NCBI RefSeq assembly: GCF_902459465.1
Contig: NC_047064.1
Location: forward strand, 7,750,001 to 7,814,000
DNA: 64,000 bases
Direction of reading: 5' to 3'
Origin: Asterias rubens
Taxonomy: Eukaryota
Made by a program: the position numbers and the translations under genes. The notes below the pieces were generated by a model. That model saw nothing but the letters and a program-made list of their open reading frames with translations, was not told the DNA's origin and did no database searches. Below are positions 14,301 to 25,863 of this stretch, one piece after another. Every line of letters starts with the position of its first letter. Position 1 is the stretch's first letter.

Positions 14301-17300
14301 GCATCGCTTTTTGTGTATTATTAGGCCTACGTTTTATTTTTAACAGGGGTTTTCAGACAACAAAAATAACATAATACCTACTATATGTGGCTACCTTTGT
14401 ACCCAGAACTTTCCCGTGTGATTCCAGAACAGTAATCCCGGACAAAAACACCATTACCCCTTATCCTTCCATCTGAGAATAGGAAGAAAAAAAGTCCAAC
14501 CTCAAAAGCCATGGACTTAACCTCTTCTTAAATAGTTTATCCTTTTTTTCCCCCTTCATTCCGAGGCCTAACTGTGTGACTGAACGTTGTGACTCTATGA
14601 ATAGAGCCTCCAGTTGCTACCTGCTATTGAAGGGAAAGGCCCCTCACCCCTCTATTCTCGAAAAAGAATTTTAATCAAATACAGAAAGAAAAAAACGCTG
14701 GAACGCAACAAAAGAGTGTTTTCTTAGGAGCTTGGTTATATCAAAACATGAGCTTTTGGGGCCTATTATGTCAGCCTTGGACCCAAAGGTACTCCTGTGA
14801 AAAGACTGGGGCTAAATCTGATACTTTTTCCTGTTCACTGTGGTGACAGAAAAAAAAACTTGGGTCCCCCCCCCCTCCCCCCTTCAAGTGCTGATGTGTG
14901 ATAGCCAGCAGTAAGGTTTCAGGTAAACCACAAATCCATTTGAGAAACATGCATAGCATACATGCCTTGCCCAAGCACTAAAGTCAACACTGGACACAAA
15001 GTAATAACTAAGAAACGTGATGTTGTTGTAGATAGGCAAATCCCTTTTGCTAGTAGTATTAAAGCTTATTTGCATATTTATGAATGAGCTGCGAGAGGGG
15101 AGGGAGGGAGGGAGTGAAGAAGCTAATGCACTATAAACATGCCTTGATGTGTCAGTGAACATTGGACAACGTTTTAATGTCACTTGTGCCGTTTGTTATA
15201 CTATAATGTAGGTTGGGAAATGATAGATAGCAGGAATCAAAAGGTGTGGGTACTTTTTGTGCAACACAAAAACTAAGTTACACAAAACCCAAACGCCCAC
15301 AGATTTACAAAAACTTTTTCAAGACAAAGATGGCAGAAAGCTTCCCTTGGATATAACTTGCTGATGAGGTGCTGGACTCTTTTGAGAAGTGAGTGAAACA
15401 GTTTCACCCAAATAACTTTGGTGGCCCACAATATTTGGGTTGATAATTACATGTTTTTGTGATGTAGGGCCTATAGACTCTCACAAGCAACCATGGTTTA
15501 AACCAAAACTGTCCCTTTCAAGTTTTCATCTAATTTAGCCACATATCTTATTTTGTACATGATACACAACAATGCTCGCTGGAAATCATTTTCATAGAAA
15601 ACAACTCATCCTAGCTTCACTGGGGAAAAAAACAAAATGGCCTTGCATGGTTGTGGCCGGAGATACTATTATTCCATTCTCTGAATTCTAGTAGTTGAAT
15701 TTTCATCATGCATCCATTGCAAATATACACACACTATATACACACACACTCCCAACCCTAACTCATTAATTCCTTTACCATTCACCCATGTGCGGCCAAC
15801 CAACCAACCAGCAGTGAACCAGTGTTCTGCCCACCCTGCCAATATAGAAAAGCCTGGCCCATCTAACCTTGGCCAGTAGACAGACTGTCTCCACTCCACC
15901 ATATTAAGCATGTAGGAGGTCAGAAGCCCATGCAGTTAACGCTGGCTCCAGCGGTCTCCAGAGAACGCTGAACGACAGCTGCTGAGAACTTCCTCTTAAT
16001 GCTTAACCCCCTAGCTGTCCAGGGAAACAGAGAGAGAGAGGGAGAGACATGGCTAGATGCAGAATGCAGCAGCAGCAGCGGCCATGTTTCTTCTTCTGCA
16101 TTGTGGATTATAAGAAATATTGACTTCTGCTCTGGCCCCGAAGGCTGGTCCAGGTACACACATGTACCACAGAACCAATTTGATTGCATAAACATGATGC
16201 ACTCATCTGTTTTGAGGTTGTGACTGTACATTATATATACCATATTTTGTCAAACCCTCCCCCTCCCCACCCCACCAATCCTCCCACCACCATATCACCA
16301 AAAGAACAAGTAAAGAGCAACATTGACATATCATTTCATACTTTGCCCGTGGGCTTACACAACATGAACCTTTTTGATTGCAATATGACACAAGACATGG
16401 CAGTGAGTGTAAATATCCTCAACATGAGTTTAGGCCTATCCGAATGTCCCTGCTGGGTTTACACACTTTCAATCCATATCACACACAAAACTTGAAGACG
16501 TAAATTGTAAACAATTCATAAATCATAATTCATAAATCATAATTTAGCTAGATGTAGTTCATTGCATGTAGGTCACTGCATTTGCACAAATGCACATGAA
16601 TGTAACAATGGGATTGCCCACTGTATTCACAATGACTACAAAGAGTGAATCGGTGTCATAATTTAGGGTTACTCTTAAATAATATGAGAAAGGGCACCCC
16701 TACAATACAAAAATATCTTAGTTGGGCAAGCCTTTAGGCCTATAAAAACCACTACTAGTATTTAAAGTAGTCACCCGTCATATTTTTCTCGATAATACTC
16801 TTTAGGAACTTCAATTAGAATCAAGGACCGTTGCTTTCTTATCTCCATCTCCCCCCTAAAAAACTCAGCATCTTCCGTTTCTCCTGCTGTCCTGCACACA
16901 TGGATACATTTTGCCGGCACAAAATCTCTGGTCTGGTCGTGTAAATATCAAAACCACATTTTGATGCCGCCAAAGCTTAAAGCCATGTTGACCCAAGATG
17001 TGTATATTATTTCATATTCCACCTGAACAGTCTCAGAAAAATAGAAGAAAAAAAAACTGGGTCACGAGTACCCCCATTGTGTCACGTTCACTCAGGAAAC
17101 TTGCACTTGGTGGTTGTGTGCTACACACTTGAGCGTAATCATACGTAGATTAAGAGTAAACTACATGTAGGCGGCCCTATCATTTCTATGCATGCAGAGC
17201 GATTAAAATGAAATCAATATTTATCATAGTTCAGCTGTTTGTTTTTTTTGTCCCTTTAAAAGACCGAACCAAGGTTGCATGTAAAAATTGTATTCTGTCC

Positions 17301-17740
17301 TCTTTTTGTGTATGTGTGTAAAATGAGCAGTCTGATTGTTGATTTTTTGGGCCCTCTGAAAAATCAGCAAAATTGTTACTTGAAAGTCTATTAAAGCCTA
17401 TTGTATTGTATACCAGCCTTTGTAGTCAACATATTTTTTGCTAGCAAGGGTAAAATATCATGCCTGCTGAATGGGGTACAATATTCCATTAGAATGGCAA
17501 CAAAGGCTGTAGCTTGATGGAAAGTATTGTGTTCAGAGTTTTACCATTACACTCCTTTCCCATTTGATTCTTGTTTTGTTTGGGGGGGGGGTTGGTAAAT
17601 CTTTAGGTTAGTCACTCAGGTGAGATTCGAACTGTGTTCTACTAGAGGAGGTATCTGGAAAGCTACCCTACCCCAAGCAGGTTGACTCGGTAATCAAAGG
17701 GCCAGTTTGAATTTCAAAATCAAATGTCAAAGTGATATTC

Positions 17741-18096
17741 TGCATCTATTTACAGGGTGTTATTTTCTTGTAATGTTGTCTGCAGAGTCCGACTTAAATC
17801 TGCAGAGAATTAGGCTTAATATATTATGTAGCCCCTGGTGCATCTATTACATCAGGCTGTTGTTTTCTTGTAGTCTGCAGAGTCTTGATTCTGCAGAGAT
17901 TCTTTCTTTTAATATTCTGTAGCCCGATGCAGTTTTGACATCGGTGTGTTATTTTCTTGTAAGTTGTAGTCTGCAGAGTACGAGTTGAATCTGCAGAGAT
18001 TCAAGATTCTGTCTCAATATATTCTGTAGCCCTTAAATGCATAATATAAGGGTGTTATTTTCGTGTCTGGCTTTGAGAATCTGACTTGAATCTGTC
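17741..18096 (+). repeat. Degenerate tandem repeat, about 3.5 x 90-110 bp
   Basis: Recurrent tgca...gtgttattttcttgta...gtctgcagag...aatctgcagag...atattctgtagccc. Confidence 0.85.
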
Positions 18097-19927
18097 CCAA
18101 AACATTTTATTAGGGGTTTTCCTAAATTCCTCCAGCCACCCCCTTTAAAATGAAGAACTGAAAATGGAAACATATCAGTCTGGGATGACACTAGGCATTA
18201 TTATGAAATAGGAGCTACTGCAACTGATGACCCGACAGCCCTTTGCTGAGCAATAGGGGCCTGTTAGAATGATGTTTCTTCATTTGCCAGATACGATGAG
18301 TGAAAGAGCTCTGCTAGGACAGTGAAAGCTCAGTAATATATGTTCCCTGTCATTAGGGTGACTGCTAAGACTGCTAAGACTAGAGCGCAAGGGGGCCCGG
18401 AATAGGTTGTTTTGATTTTGGAAAATGTCAACTTTCCCATAAAAATATCACAAGAAATCCCATGTTTCTGTTGTATTTTGTGTATTGTTTGATCAGCAAA
18501 TGAGGTTGCAGGAATGCGGATTGTTTATATTCTTAGAAGCATGTCAAGACTAAAAATTACTTGCACAGGACAGGTTTGATATAAATATTTATGGTATTGG
18601 CCAAAAAAGTAAAGGGACTGTTGTCTTATTCCATGATCATTGGAAAGCTATCAATTTATTTATTTATAGGCATACATCAATGTTATGTTGATATTTCATT
18701 CGCATAAAGAAAAAGATTGTCGGCCATTTTACGTGTGCCTTGTGAACACAAGGCATGGTGTAGGCCTACATGTACAGACAATCTCATTGTGCATGTGTAG
18801 GCCTACAATATATGAATATGAAGGAGCAAGCAGTCCATTGTAAAGGTGTGATTTGCGTTAAAGAAAACACCGTACATGTATGGATGTAATTTTTTCAGTC
18901 AATATCGAGTATAATGACGATGTACAACATATATGTAGGCCTATATGCTCAGAGAAAAAGCATTATCAATGTTAGGGTTTGCACTGGAATCTCGATTCTG
19001 CAATTTAGTTTTATTAATTTATAAGCACTAGTGCTCATAGTTTTGCAATTCTGGCTATAAAACCTTGTAACTGGTGTTTCAACAGTATCTAGTTATTTTG
19101 CCCTTTTATAAGGGGCCATACTTTTTTTCGTTTTCGTTTCTTTTTTTATGGAGCGCTGCAGTTGTTTTCGTTCTTTTCCCAGCAGTAGTATGCAATGATT
19201 AATGACCCCAATTCTCGCAGCGGCTGGCACAAAATGCCTACCCTGGATTGCAAATGCATACCATTTTTTCCCCTTCTTCTATCTTGGTTCATAACTGTCT
19301 CTGATCTACAACTCATATTTTTTGTCCCCCAAGTCTGCTGTATTCTCTTGAAGGTTGACTGGTCTTGGCCAGGACCTCTTTCTCTCCTGAGTATTTCGTT
19401 AAAATTAAAAAAAATTGGCCTGTGCAGTCCTTCAGAAAGAGGGATTGCAGACAGGTGGCTTGCCTGGATTGCATCTTTTGAATTTTGTTGTTGGTTTTAA
19501 GACATTCCTTGGTGTTGCTGGCTTGCTTTTGAGAGACTCAGAGAAGAGGGAGAATCTAAGGCAAATATTAGATTAATAGGCCATTCCAGAGTCTGGTGTA
19601 CTGACATCCCCCCCCCCCTTTCCAACCCAATTTACGGCTTGAAATAATCTTTGATGGTCAGACTTGCATGATTTACTGTGGTAAATAAATTGCCATGCCT
19701 TGAGTGTCTTGGAAATATTAAGAGGAACACTGTCACTTGAGGGCCGTGGAGGGGGGTTTTAAGTCTCTCATGTCTCATGAAAAATGTGTTGTCAGGGGTT
19801 TTGGCTTGAGCCCCTTGTTCCTCCCTAAAATATCAAGGTTAAAGTGTTCAGTTCAGTTTTTCTTGAGTTATATTATCTCTTCCCTCTTTATATTTCATGC
19901 ACATGATGACTTCACACATTTCCTTGA

Positions 19928-19997
19928 GCCCCTTTTCACATGAGAGTAATTACGCAAGGGTCCCCTGCTAATTTGCTCTCCTCATGTGAAAAGGGCC
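19928..19997. mobile_element. 70-bp miniature of the MITE at 63676
   Basis: Perfect 15-bp IR cccttttcacatgag / ctcatgtgaaaaggg; internal gcaagggtcccctgctaa matches the 63676 element. Confidence 0.75.
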
Positions 19998-20097
19998 CTA
20001 ATTTAAACCCACTTGGGTTCGACACATTTTGATCACCTCTGTATTGTTGAATTGCTTATTAATGAGAGCTCTTTTCTGTTTATTTTCGTTTCTACAG

Positions 20098-20642
20098 ATG
20101 CTCAGGACAGTAGAGGGCAGCCTCACTGGTGTCATATAGCGTATTGGGAGCACCGAACACGAGTGGGACGCATGTACACAGTATTCTTAGATTCTGTAAA
20201 TATCTTCTACGAACTACCTCATGGGGACGGGTTCTGCCTGCGGTCGTTGACCCGCGACGAGCGCTCGGAATCCGTCGTCAGAACTCGAAAGAAAGTCGGC
20301 TGCGGCCTGACCATGAGCCGGGAGTCGGACGGCGTGTGGCTGTACAACCGAAGTAACTTTGCCTTATTTGTCAACTCTCCTACCCTGGATGCCTTACCGC
20401 CGTCGAGAACGTTAACCGTGCACAAGCTCATGCCGGGCTACTCGATCAAAGTGTTTGATTACGCCAAGTCACAGATGCTGGAGCATGCACGGCGAGATCC
20501 GGAGCCCCCGGACGGGCCGACGGACCCCCACTCTATTCGGATCAGCTTCATCAAAGGGTGGGGGCCACGTTACTCCAGACAATTCATCACCTCGTGCCCA
20601 TGCTGGCTCGAAGTGATCCTTACCAGACCACGTTTACATTGA
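20098..20642 (+). CDS. Smad6/7: Terminal coding exon (MH2 domain) of inhibitory Smad, Smad6/7
   Basis: Translation (D)[28 protein letters not shown]...[20 protein letters not shown]...[14 protein letters not shown]...[39 protein letters not shown] is a typical I-Smad MH2 and lacks the C-terminal SSXS of R-Smads. It is preceded by a polypyrimidine tract and acceptor (cttttctgtttattttcgtttctacag, AG at 20096-20097), phase 1 (G|AT = Asp). Stop TGA is at 20640-20642. Confidence 0.96.
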
Positions 20643-20660
20643 TCATCATCATCATCATCA
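20643..20660 (+). repeat. (TCA)6 microsatellite directly after the stop codon
   Basis: TGA tcatcatcatcatcatca. Confidence 0.95.
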
Positions 20661-21867
20661 TACCTTTTATGTTTACTTCTAGATCTAATATAATATTTTA
20701 TATTATATATATTATATATTATAATACTGTAAATATGGAAACTCATTTTTACAATGTAATTTATGGTGCGGTTGTACTCTGCTATAATTAACATAAAGAG
20801 GACTTCACATCCCCTTCCCCCAGAGAAATACAAAACAGAAAAGAAAAAAAAACATGAGTTTTTTTTTTTAGGGATGGTACAGCTAACTATCAAATAACTG
20901 TCCTTTTAAGTTGGTACAGTTATACCATACCAAACACCCCAAGAACAAATGTGTATTTCGGATGGAATACTCTAATCTTTGAGATAAGGGGTTGCCCTTC
21001 AGTCTTGTCACTAGTCTGGCGGCTTTTTAACTAGTCAATATTTCAAATGAAATAGGGAAGCTTTTCAACACTGAGCTAGTACCGGTTCTCGTGTGTTCTA
21101 AGTGGCCGATTTGGCCAGATGACCACTGAAGGGAGAACGCTGTGAATACGGCAAGTTAAAAAAAATTTGGCTGGTCTATTAATTACATAAATAAAAGGTC
21201 CTAATGTGACGATTTTGAAAAAAAGGCGGGGAGGAAGAGCTTTCCCTTGGAAATATAATTTTACTTCAAAACGATAGGATGAGAATGAGGTTAAGGATTG
21301 ACCCCCAAATGCTGTACCATCTCTAACAATAAATCCACATATCTGTACACAGGTGGAACTCGAGATGAAAAACATCCCCCATTGAAAACACATGTACCTC
21401 AAACCTAGGCAATCTTATGCAAGTAGAAATGCTGCACAGTTCAGATTGCCCTTTTTCCCCCTTGTACATTGTACATGAAAATGAGGGTGGTTTTTGGACA
21501 GCTTTTTTTTTTAAGGAAAAGTGGTAAGAAGATGTTAGAAAGGAAAACTCAGGCCTGGAATTCCTTCATTTCTTGACAGTGAAATGGCATTGTCCCCCTC
21601 CTCTTACATTAAACAGGGGGGGGGGGTAGTAGCCTGAAGTCCAGTAGAATTTCCCTTTCAACTGGTCATTACTGGCTAGTACATAGCTTCCTAGATACTA
21701 CATATGGGCCCCAAGCATTAAGTGCTTTTCTGCATGGATTCAATTTCTGCAATGAAGTCCAATACAGAAATGACTATGCCAAAAAGAAAAATTAAGATAT
21801 GGACTTCTGGCAACTCATGAAAAGACAACTAACTAACTGGTCCTACAAAGCAATTATTAAGCCTAGA

Positions 21868-22010
21868 ATAGAAAGGGCAAGGCCATTTTCTAAATGGCAC
21901 TTCCATTGGACAATCTTAAAGTCAATGGGAAACTTTTTGAAAGGGGGCGGCACAGGCCAAGAAAGACCAGGGGCAACACTAGGGACAACGCAGGCCATGG
22001 CCTCCAAGAC
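21868..22010 (+). repeat. Dispersed repeat family J (ggccaagaccaggggcaac...ggccatggcctcc)
   Basis: Similar segments at about 2930-3200, 8925-9030 and 58255-58440. Confidence 0.6.
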
Positions 22011-22196
22011 CAAGTGTAATTCCAGGTCTGTATTTTTAAGTAACACAGGGCAAATCCTGATGAAAGCACTTCCACCTTGCACCCTCCCTCCCACTCCCAA
22101 AAAGAGGACATGGGGCATTTTTAGAGGGGAGTGAGAATTTGATAACGGAGGCAATGGCTTTCACAGAATTCCAGGCCAGTAAGACAACTTGTACTC

Positions 22197-22331
22197 TATG
22201 ACCATGTTTGAAACGGCAACTTCGGCTTAAGCTATGGCTAGATCAGCGCGTCTGCCAGTGTTGAAGAATAGGCAGACGAGCACAATCTAGCCGTAGCTGT
22301 AACCGAAGTTGCTGTATCAGACACAGTCTTA
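22197..22331. mobile_element. Hairpin MITE with 60-bp inverted arms
   Basis: Arm 22197-22256 is the imperfect reverse complement of arm 22271-22331; 14-nt loop. Confidence 0.85.
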
Positions 22332-22350
22332 GAGAGAGAGAGAGAGGGGG

Positions 22351-22476
22351 TTAAGACCGGTTTTAGTCGGTGGTCGCAGAAATTAAAAGGCACGATAAAG
22401 AAAAGCATTTAAAGATGCTGGCGATCGTCTGCATTCAACGATTATATTCGCGCAACTGACTACAAACCGGCCTTTA
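22351..22476. mobile_element. Small MITE with about 25-bp TIRs
   Basis: ttaagaccggttttagtcgg / ctgactacaaaccggccttta. Confidence 0.6.
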
Positions 22477-22594
22477 CTCTCGGGTTGAATTTCAGAATTT
22501 TTCAAATCCTGTGTACATGTACTGACAGAGACCTTTTATATAACACTGGTTATGATTCACATTATATAACAGAGAGAACCATGTTGATGGTATC

Positions 22595-22610
22595 AATAAA
22601 ATAAAATAAA
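22595..22610 (+). terminator. Candidate distal polyadenylation signal cluster
   Basis: aataaaataaaataaa, followed by a T/GT-containing downstream stretch. Confidence 0.45.
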
Positions 22611-22896
22611 AAACCTTTAATATGCACACTTGAAACACTGTCTCTATGCTGACTCATTTCTAAATGTATTCCTTATAAAATAATGAAACGATTGCTTGCA
22701 AAAAGAGGAAATTATTGGGCGATTGTCTTCCCCTCTTGTCTGAGCATAAATGCTCACAGAAGCTACTTTAAATCTTAAACTCTAATGACTTACAACAAGT
22801 TTTAAAAGCACCTTCATTTCAACATGCCTAAGTTATTACTCCAAAATGTTGTGAGTGACCATACAAACAACCCTCATGAAGCCTTTCTCGGACATT

Positions 22897-23292
22897 TCAA
22901 AGCATACTATTGGTAATTACCAATTGGTAATTACTCAATCATTATTGGCATAACGACTTTCTTGGTTTAACAAACAATAAAGAGAGCTAGGGATGACTCG
23001 ATATTATAAAACAATGAGAGAAAAGGCCCCCCTCCGAACTAATTTAGTTTTTTAGAAACTGCTAATTTCTCCCACAAAATATTGAAAGACTTAGTCCTGA
23101 AGCCTTTGTAATAGGCATCTGAAAGCGTACAAATTTGTGCAACAAGGGTGTTTTTTTATTCTTTCATTATTCTCTTGCATCTTCGATGACTAATTGAGCC
23201 CAAAAATGTTCACAGATTTGTTATTTGTATGCATATCCAGTGAGAATACTGGTCTTTGACATTACTTCTAAAGGTGTATAGTGCCTTTTTAA
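22897..23292 (+). mobile_element. Kolobok-like MITE, family A (degenerate)
   Basis: Starts tactattggtaattac; contains the gcatctgaaag...gatgactaattgagcc...ttcacag core; ends gtgccttttaa-like. Confidence 0.7.
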
Positions 23293-23689
23293 AAAGCAAA
23301 TGGGGTTTCGTTGTAGAATTCGACCCTCCTCCCCAAGGCAGGTGATGCTATGTTTGTTACGGTATTAAGGCTGTTGATGGAAGGCGATGGAAGGCGATGC
23401 AAGGATCAAACGGTGAACCCGTTGACCAGTCGCCGGTCCCGAGTGGAATCATCGTACTTGGCCGAGCCCAGGCCGTTTCCTGTCGATCGATCAGATCATT
23501 TTTCCCTTTCTTGGTGATAAGTGAAAACAGAGACCGGAGAAAGAAAGAATCGGTGAAAGAATATCAAAATAATAATTTAATGTCCTTGCTTCCGAAATAA
23601 TAGAGGAAGAAAAGAAGCCTCGGCAAAAGAAAAAAAAAGAGGAGAAGAAAATAAAAAAGGGGGGGATGATTCATTCTTGCGAGTCGCCG

Positions 23690-24060
23690 TCAGAGAGACG
23701 TGGTCCACCCGGGATACTAGACTACCTGGAGCCAGTCAGCCCATGCGTGTAGTGATGCCAGCGTATCGTATTCGTATCACCCATGTATTATACACGTAGA
23801 GAGGACCGAGTCGCTGTACACAAAAGGTCCTAATCCGCTGTGACTTCTACAGGGGGAGGGAGTCCACATGGCGGAGCCGTCCACCGTTAAGATCGGGGGA
23901 AAATATCTCGCGGATAACCCGGGCCGGCGGCGCTTGGACCTCGTTCCTTTTAGGTTCACTCGGCTCCCACCATGACTCTCGCAAGATAATACACGTAGAT
24001 AATTTCATAATCGGACAAGATTAATCAAATTAATTAGCACTGTCTCCTCATTATTCCTTT
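23690..24060. promoter_or_regulatory. Candidate enhancer: GC-rich Smad1/5-type site plus GATA and homeodomain sites
   Basis: CpG-rich non-repeat island; gccggcggcgc at 23923; AGATAA at 23984 and 23997; gattaatc and ttaattag. Confidence 0.4.
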
Positions 24061-24350
24061 AACCCAGAGGTATCTTTACAGTCGGGACCTCCGTACAGCA
24101 ATACCTACTCACCGGAAGAGACCGAGCGTATTGTACCCACATTCTCTCTCTCTCTCTCTCGAGCTCATTGTACATACAAGACACAACATTAGTATTCTGT
24201 GCACTTCATGTTGTGAAATCACATTTTTGTAGTGGTCTTTGACATTTAGCTTCAAACACGCGAATGAATAATTAGTTGGAAAGCCTTTTTATTTCACAGA
24301 CCTTACAGATGATCAGCCGTACACGCACCTGCCTTCTGTTTCCTCACAAG

Positions 24351-24712
24351 TTAAAGGCACTGGACACTATTTGTAATTACTCAAAACAATTTTTAGCATA
24401 AAAACTTACTTGGTGACGAGCAACGGGGTAAAACATTGTGAGAAACGACATAAGATTGCCCTCTGAAGTAACTTGGATTTTGAGAAAAAGGTAACTTCTC
24501 ACTCAAATATTAAAGACTTCGGCTGAAGCCTTTCATTATGCATCTGAAAGCACACAACTTAATGCAGCAAGGGTATTTTTCTGTCATTCTCTTGTATCTT
24601 CGATGACCAATTGAACCAAAATTTTCACAGGTTTGTTATAATTATGTTGGGATACACCAAGTGAGACTCCTGGGCTTTAAAAATTATTACCAAACGTGTT
24701 CAATGCCTTTAA
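24351..24712 (+). mobile_element. Kolobok-like MITE, family A
   Basis: ttaaaggcactggacactatttgtaattactc ... gtgttcaatgcctttaa, with TTAA at both ends. Confidence 0.85.
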
Positions 24713-25470
24713 ACAAAGTTTTACTGAGCTTACAAAAATGGACACACGCGTGACATGCCCGTTCACGCAATACCGCAAATAAAAACCATTTTCTAATTGA
24801 TCTCGAAATAGAAATACCTGTCTGATTAACTCGATGACTAATTTTAACACTCTGTCAAGTTAATCTGTCAAGTTAATTTGGAACCTCACCTCAAAGCTAG
24901 CTTATTTCTCCATGCGTGTATATCGACCGTACACCTGTGTCGTTTGGGCGGGGTGTGTGGGGGGGGGGGTAGGATACAACAAGATCACCACTGGTCAAAA
25001 AGTTGAGCTGTGCATGTAGCCCGTTGACATTTTCACCAATGGTCAACAGAGGGCGTTATTAGTATATCGGAAACAGTTTCACTCGAATTGTTCCTGCTGA
25101 AAATGTGCCACGTGGTATAAATATTATACAAACGCTTGTTTACTTGCTCTATGTGTGTTTAAACAAATAATTCTAAAATAATAAGCTTGTAACCTCTCGT
25201 ACGTGTTTGACGTAATCAATTACGTTACTTTCTTCCTCCCTGGTTACACACGTAGCGCATGTGGTGGTAGGCCTACATGATGTCAATGTGCGTGCATGTA
25301 CTTGACGGCGGCAACGAAGGCGATTGCCCTTTTACCAAGCAGAAAATGCATTGGTGCCCCTGCCCTTTCAAAAACGAAGCATACACATGTATAAAAAAGC
25401 CTGCTGTAAAATACATGAGCGATCAACCAGAATGGTATTATTGCAGTGGATGGAAAGTATAACGGGTTAT

Positions 25471-25863
25471 CTTAAAGGAACACGTTGCCTTGGAGCGGGT
25501 CGAGTTGGTCTTTGAAAAGCGTTTTTAACCGTTTGTTAAAAAATGCATAATAATGGGTAGAAAGCTAGATGTTGTAAAGGTAGAATACAATGATCCACAC
25601 AAACATGCCTCGAAACTGCACGGTTTTCCTTTTACCTCGTCGACTAACACGGTCGGCCATATTTTATGAGAGTCAAATTCTTGACTCCCATAAATGGCCG
25701 ACCGTGTTAGTTCGCACAGTAAAAGCAAAACCACGCAATTTCACGGCAAACTTGTGTGGATCATTGTATTCTACTTTTAAAACATCTTTCCAACATATAC
25801 ATTTTGTAAAGAAACGGTTACACACGCTTATTATAGACCAACTCTTCCCATCCAAGGCAATGC
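25471..25863. mobile_element. Palindromic (foldback) TTAA MITE, family B
   Basis: Starts ttaaaggaacacgttgccttgg; whole element is an imperfect inverted repeat centred on gagtcaaattcttgactc; right end degraded. Confidence 0.85.

Larger units (their letters stand above)
1..20097 (+). other. Probable intronic sequence of Smad6/7 (last intron, upstream end not seen)
   Basis: Ends in the acceptor of the MH2 exon. I found no recognisable MH1, ESPPPPY or linker exon upstream by eye. The region appears CpG-poor and repeat-rich. Confidence 0.6.
20643..22630 (+). other. Putative 3' UTR of Smad6/7
   Basis: AT-rich sequence after the stop, with AATAAA at 21190 and 21328 and a triple overlapping AATAAA at 22595-22610. 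The end point is inferred. Confidence 0.5.

Noticed and set aside
16284-16295. In-frame PPPY that could be the I-Smad PY-motif exon
   Set aside because: Lies in C-rich low complexity, has no upstream acceptor or ESP context, and a stop follows within five codons.
17610-17700. Minus-strand B-box-like gttcgaatctc as a tRNA/SINE
   Set aside because: No A-box or stems recognisable.
18291-18330. Good acceptor followed by phase-1 D-T-M-S-E-R... as a candidate linker exon
   Set aside because: In-frame TGA comes before any credible donor.
20013-20097. N-terminal part of the 209-aa ORF in the track (MGSTHFDHL...)
   Set aside because: Starts at a TTG inside the intron and reads through the polypyrimidine tract; Smad similarity begins only after the AG at 20097.
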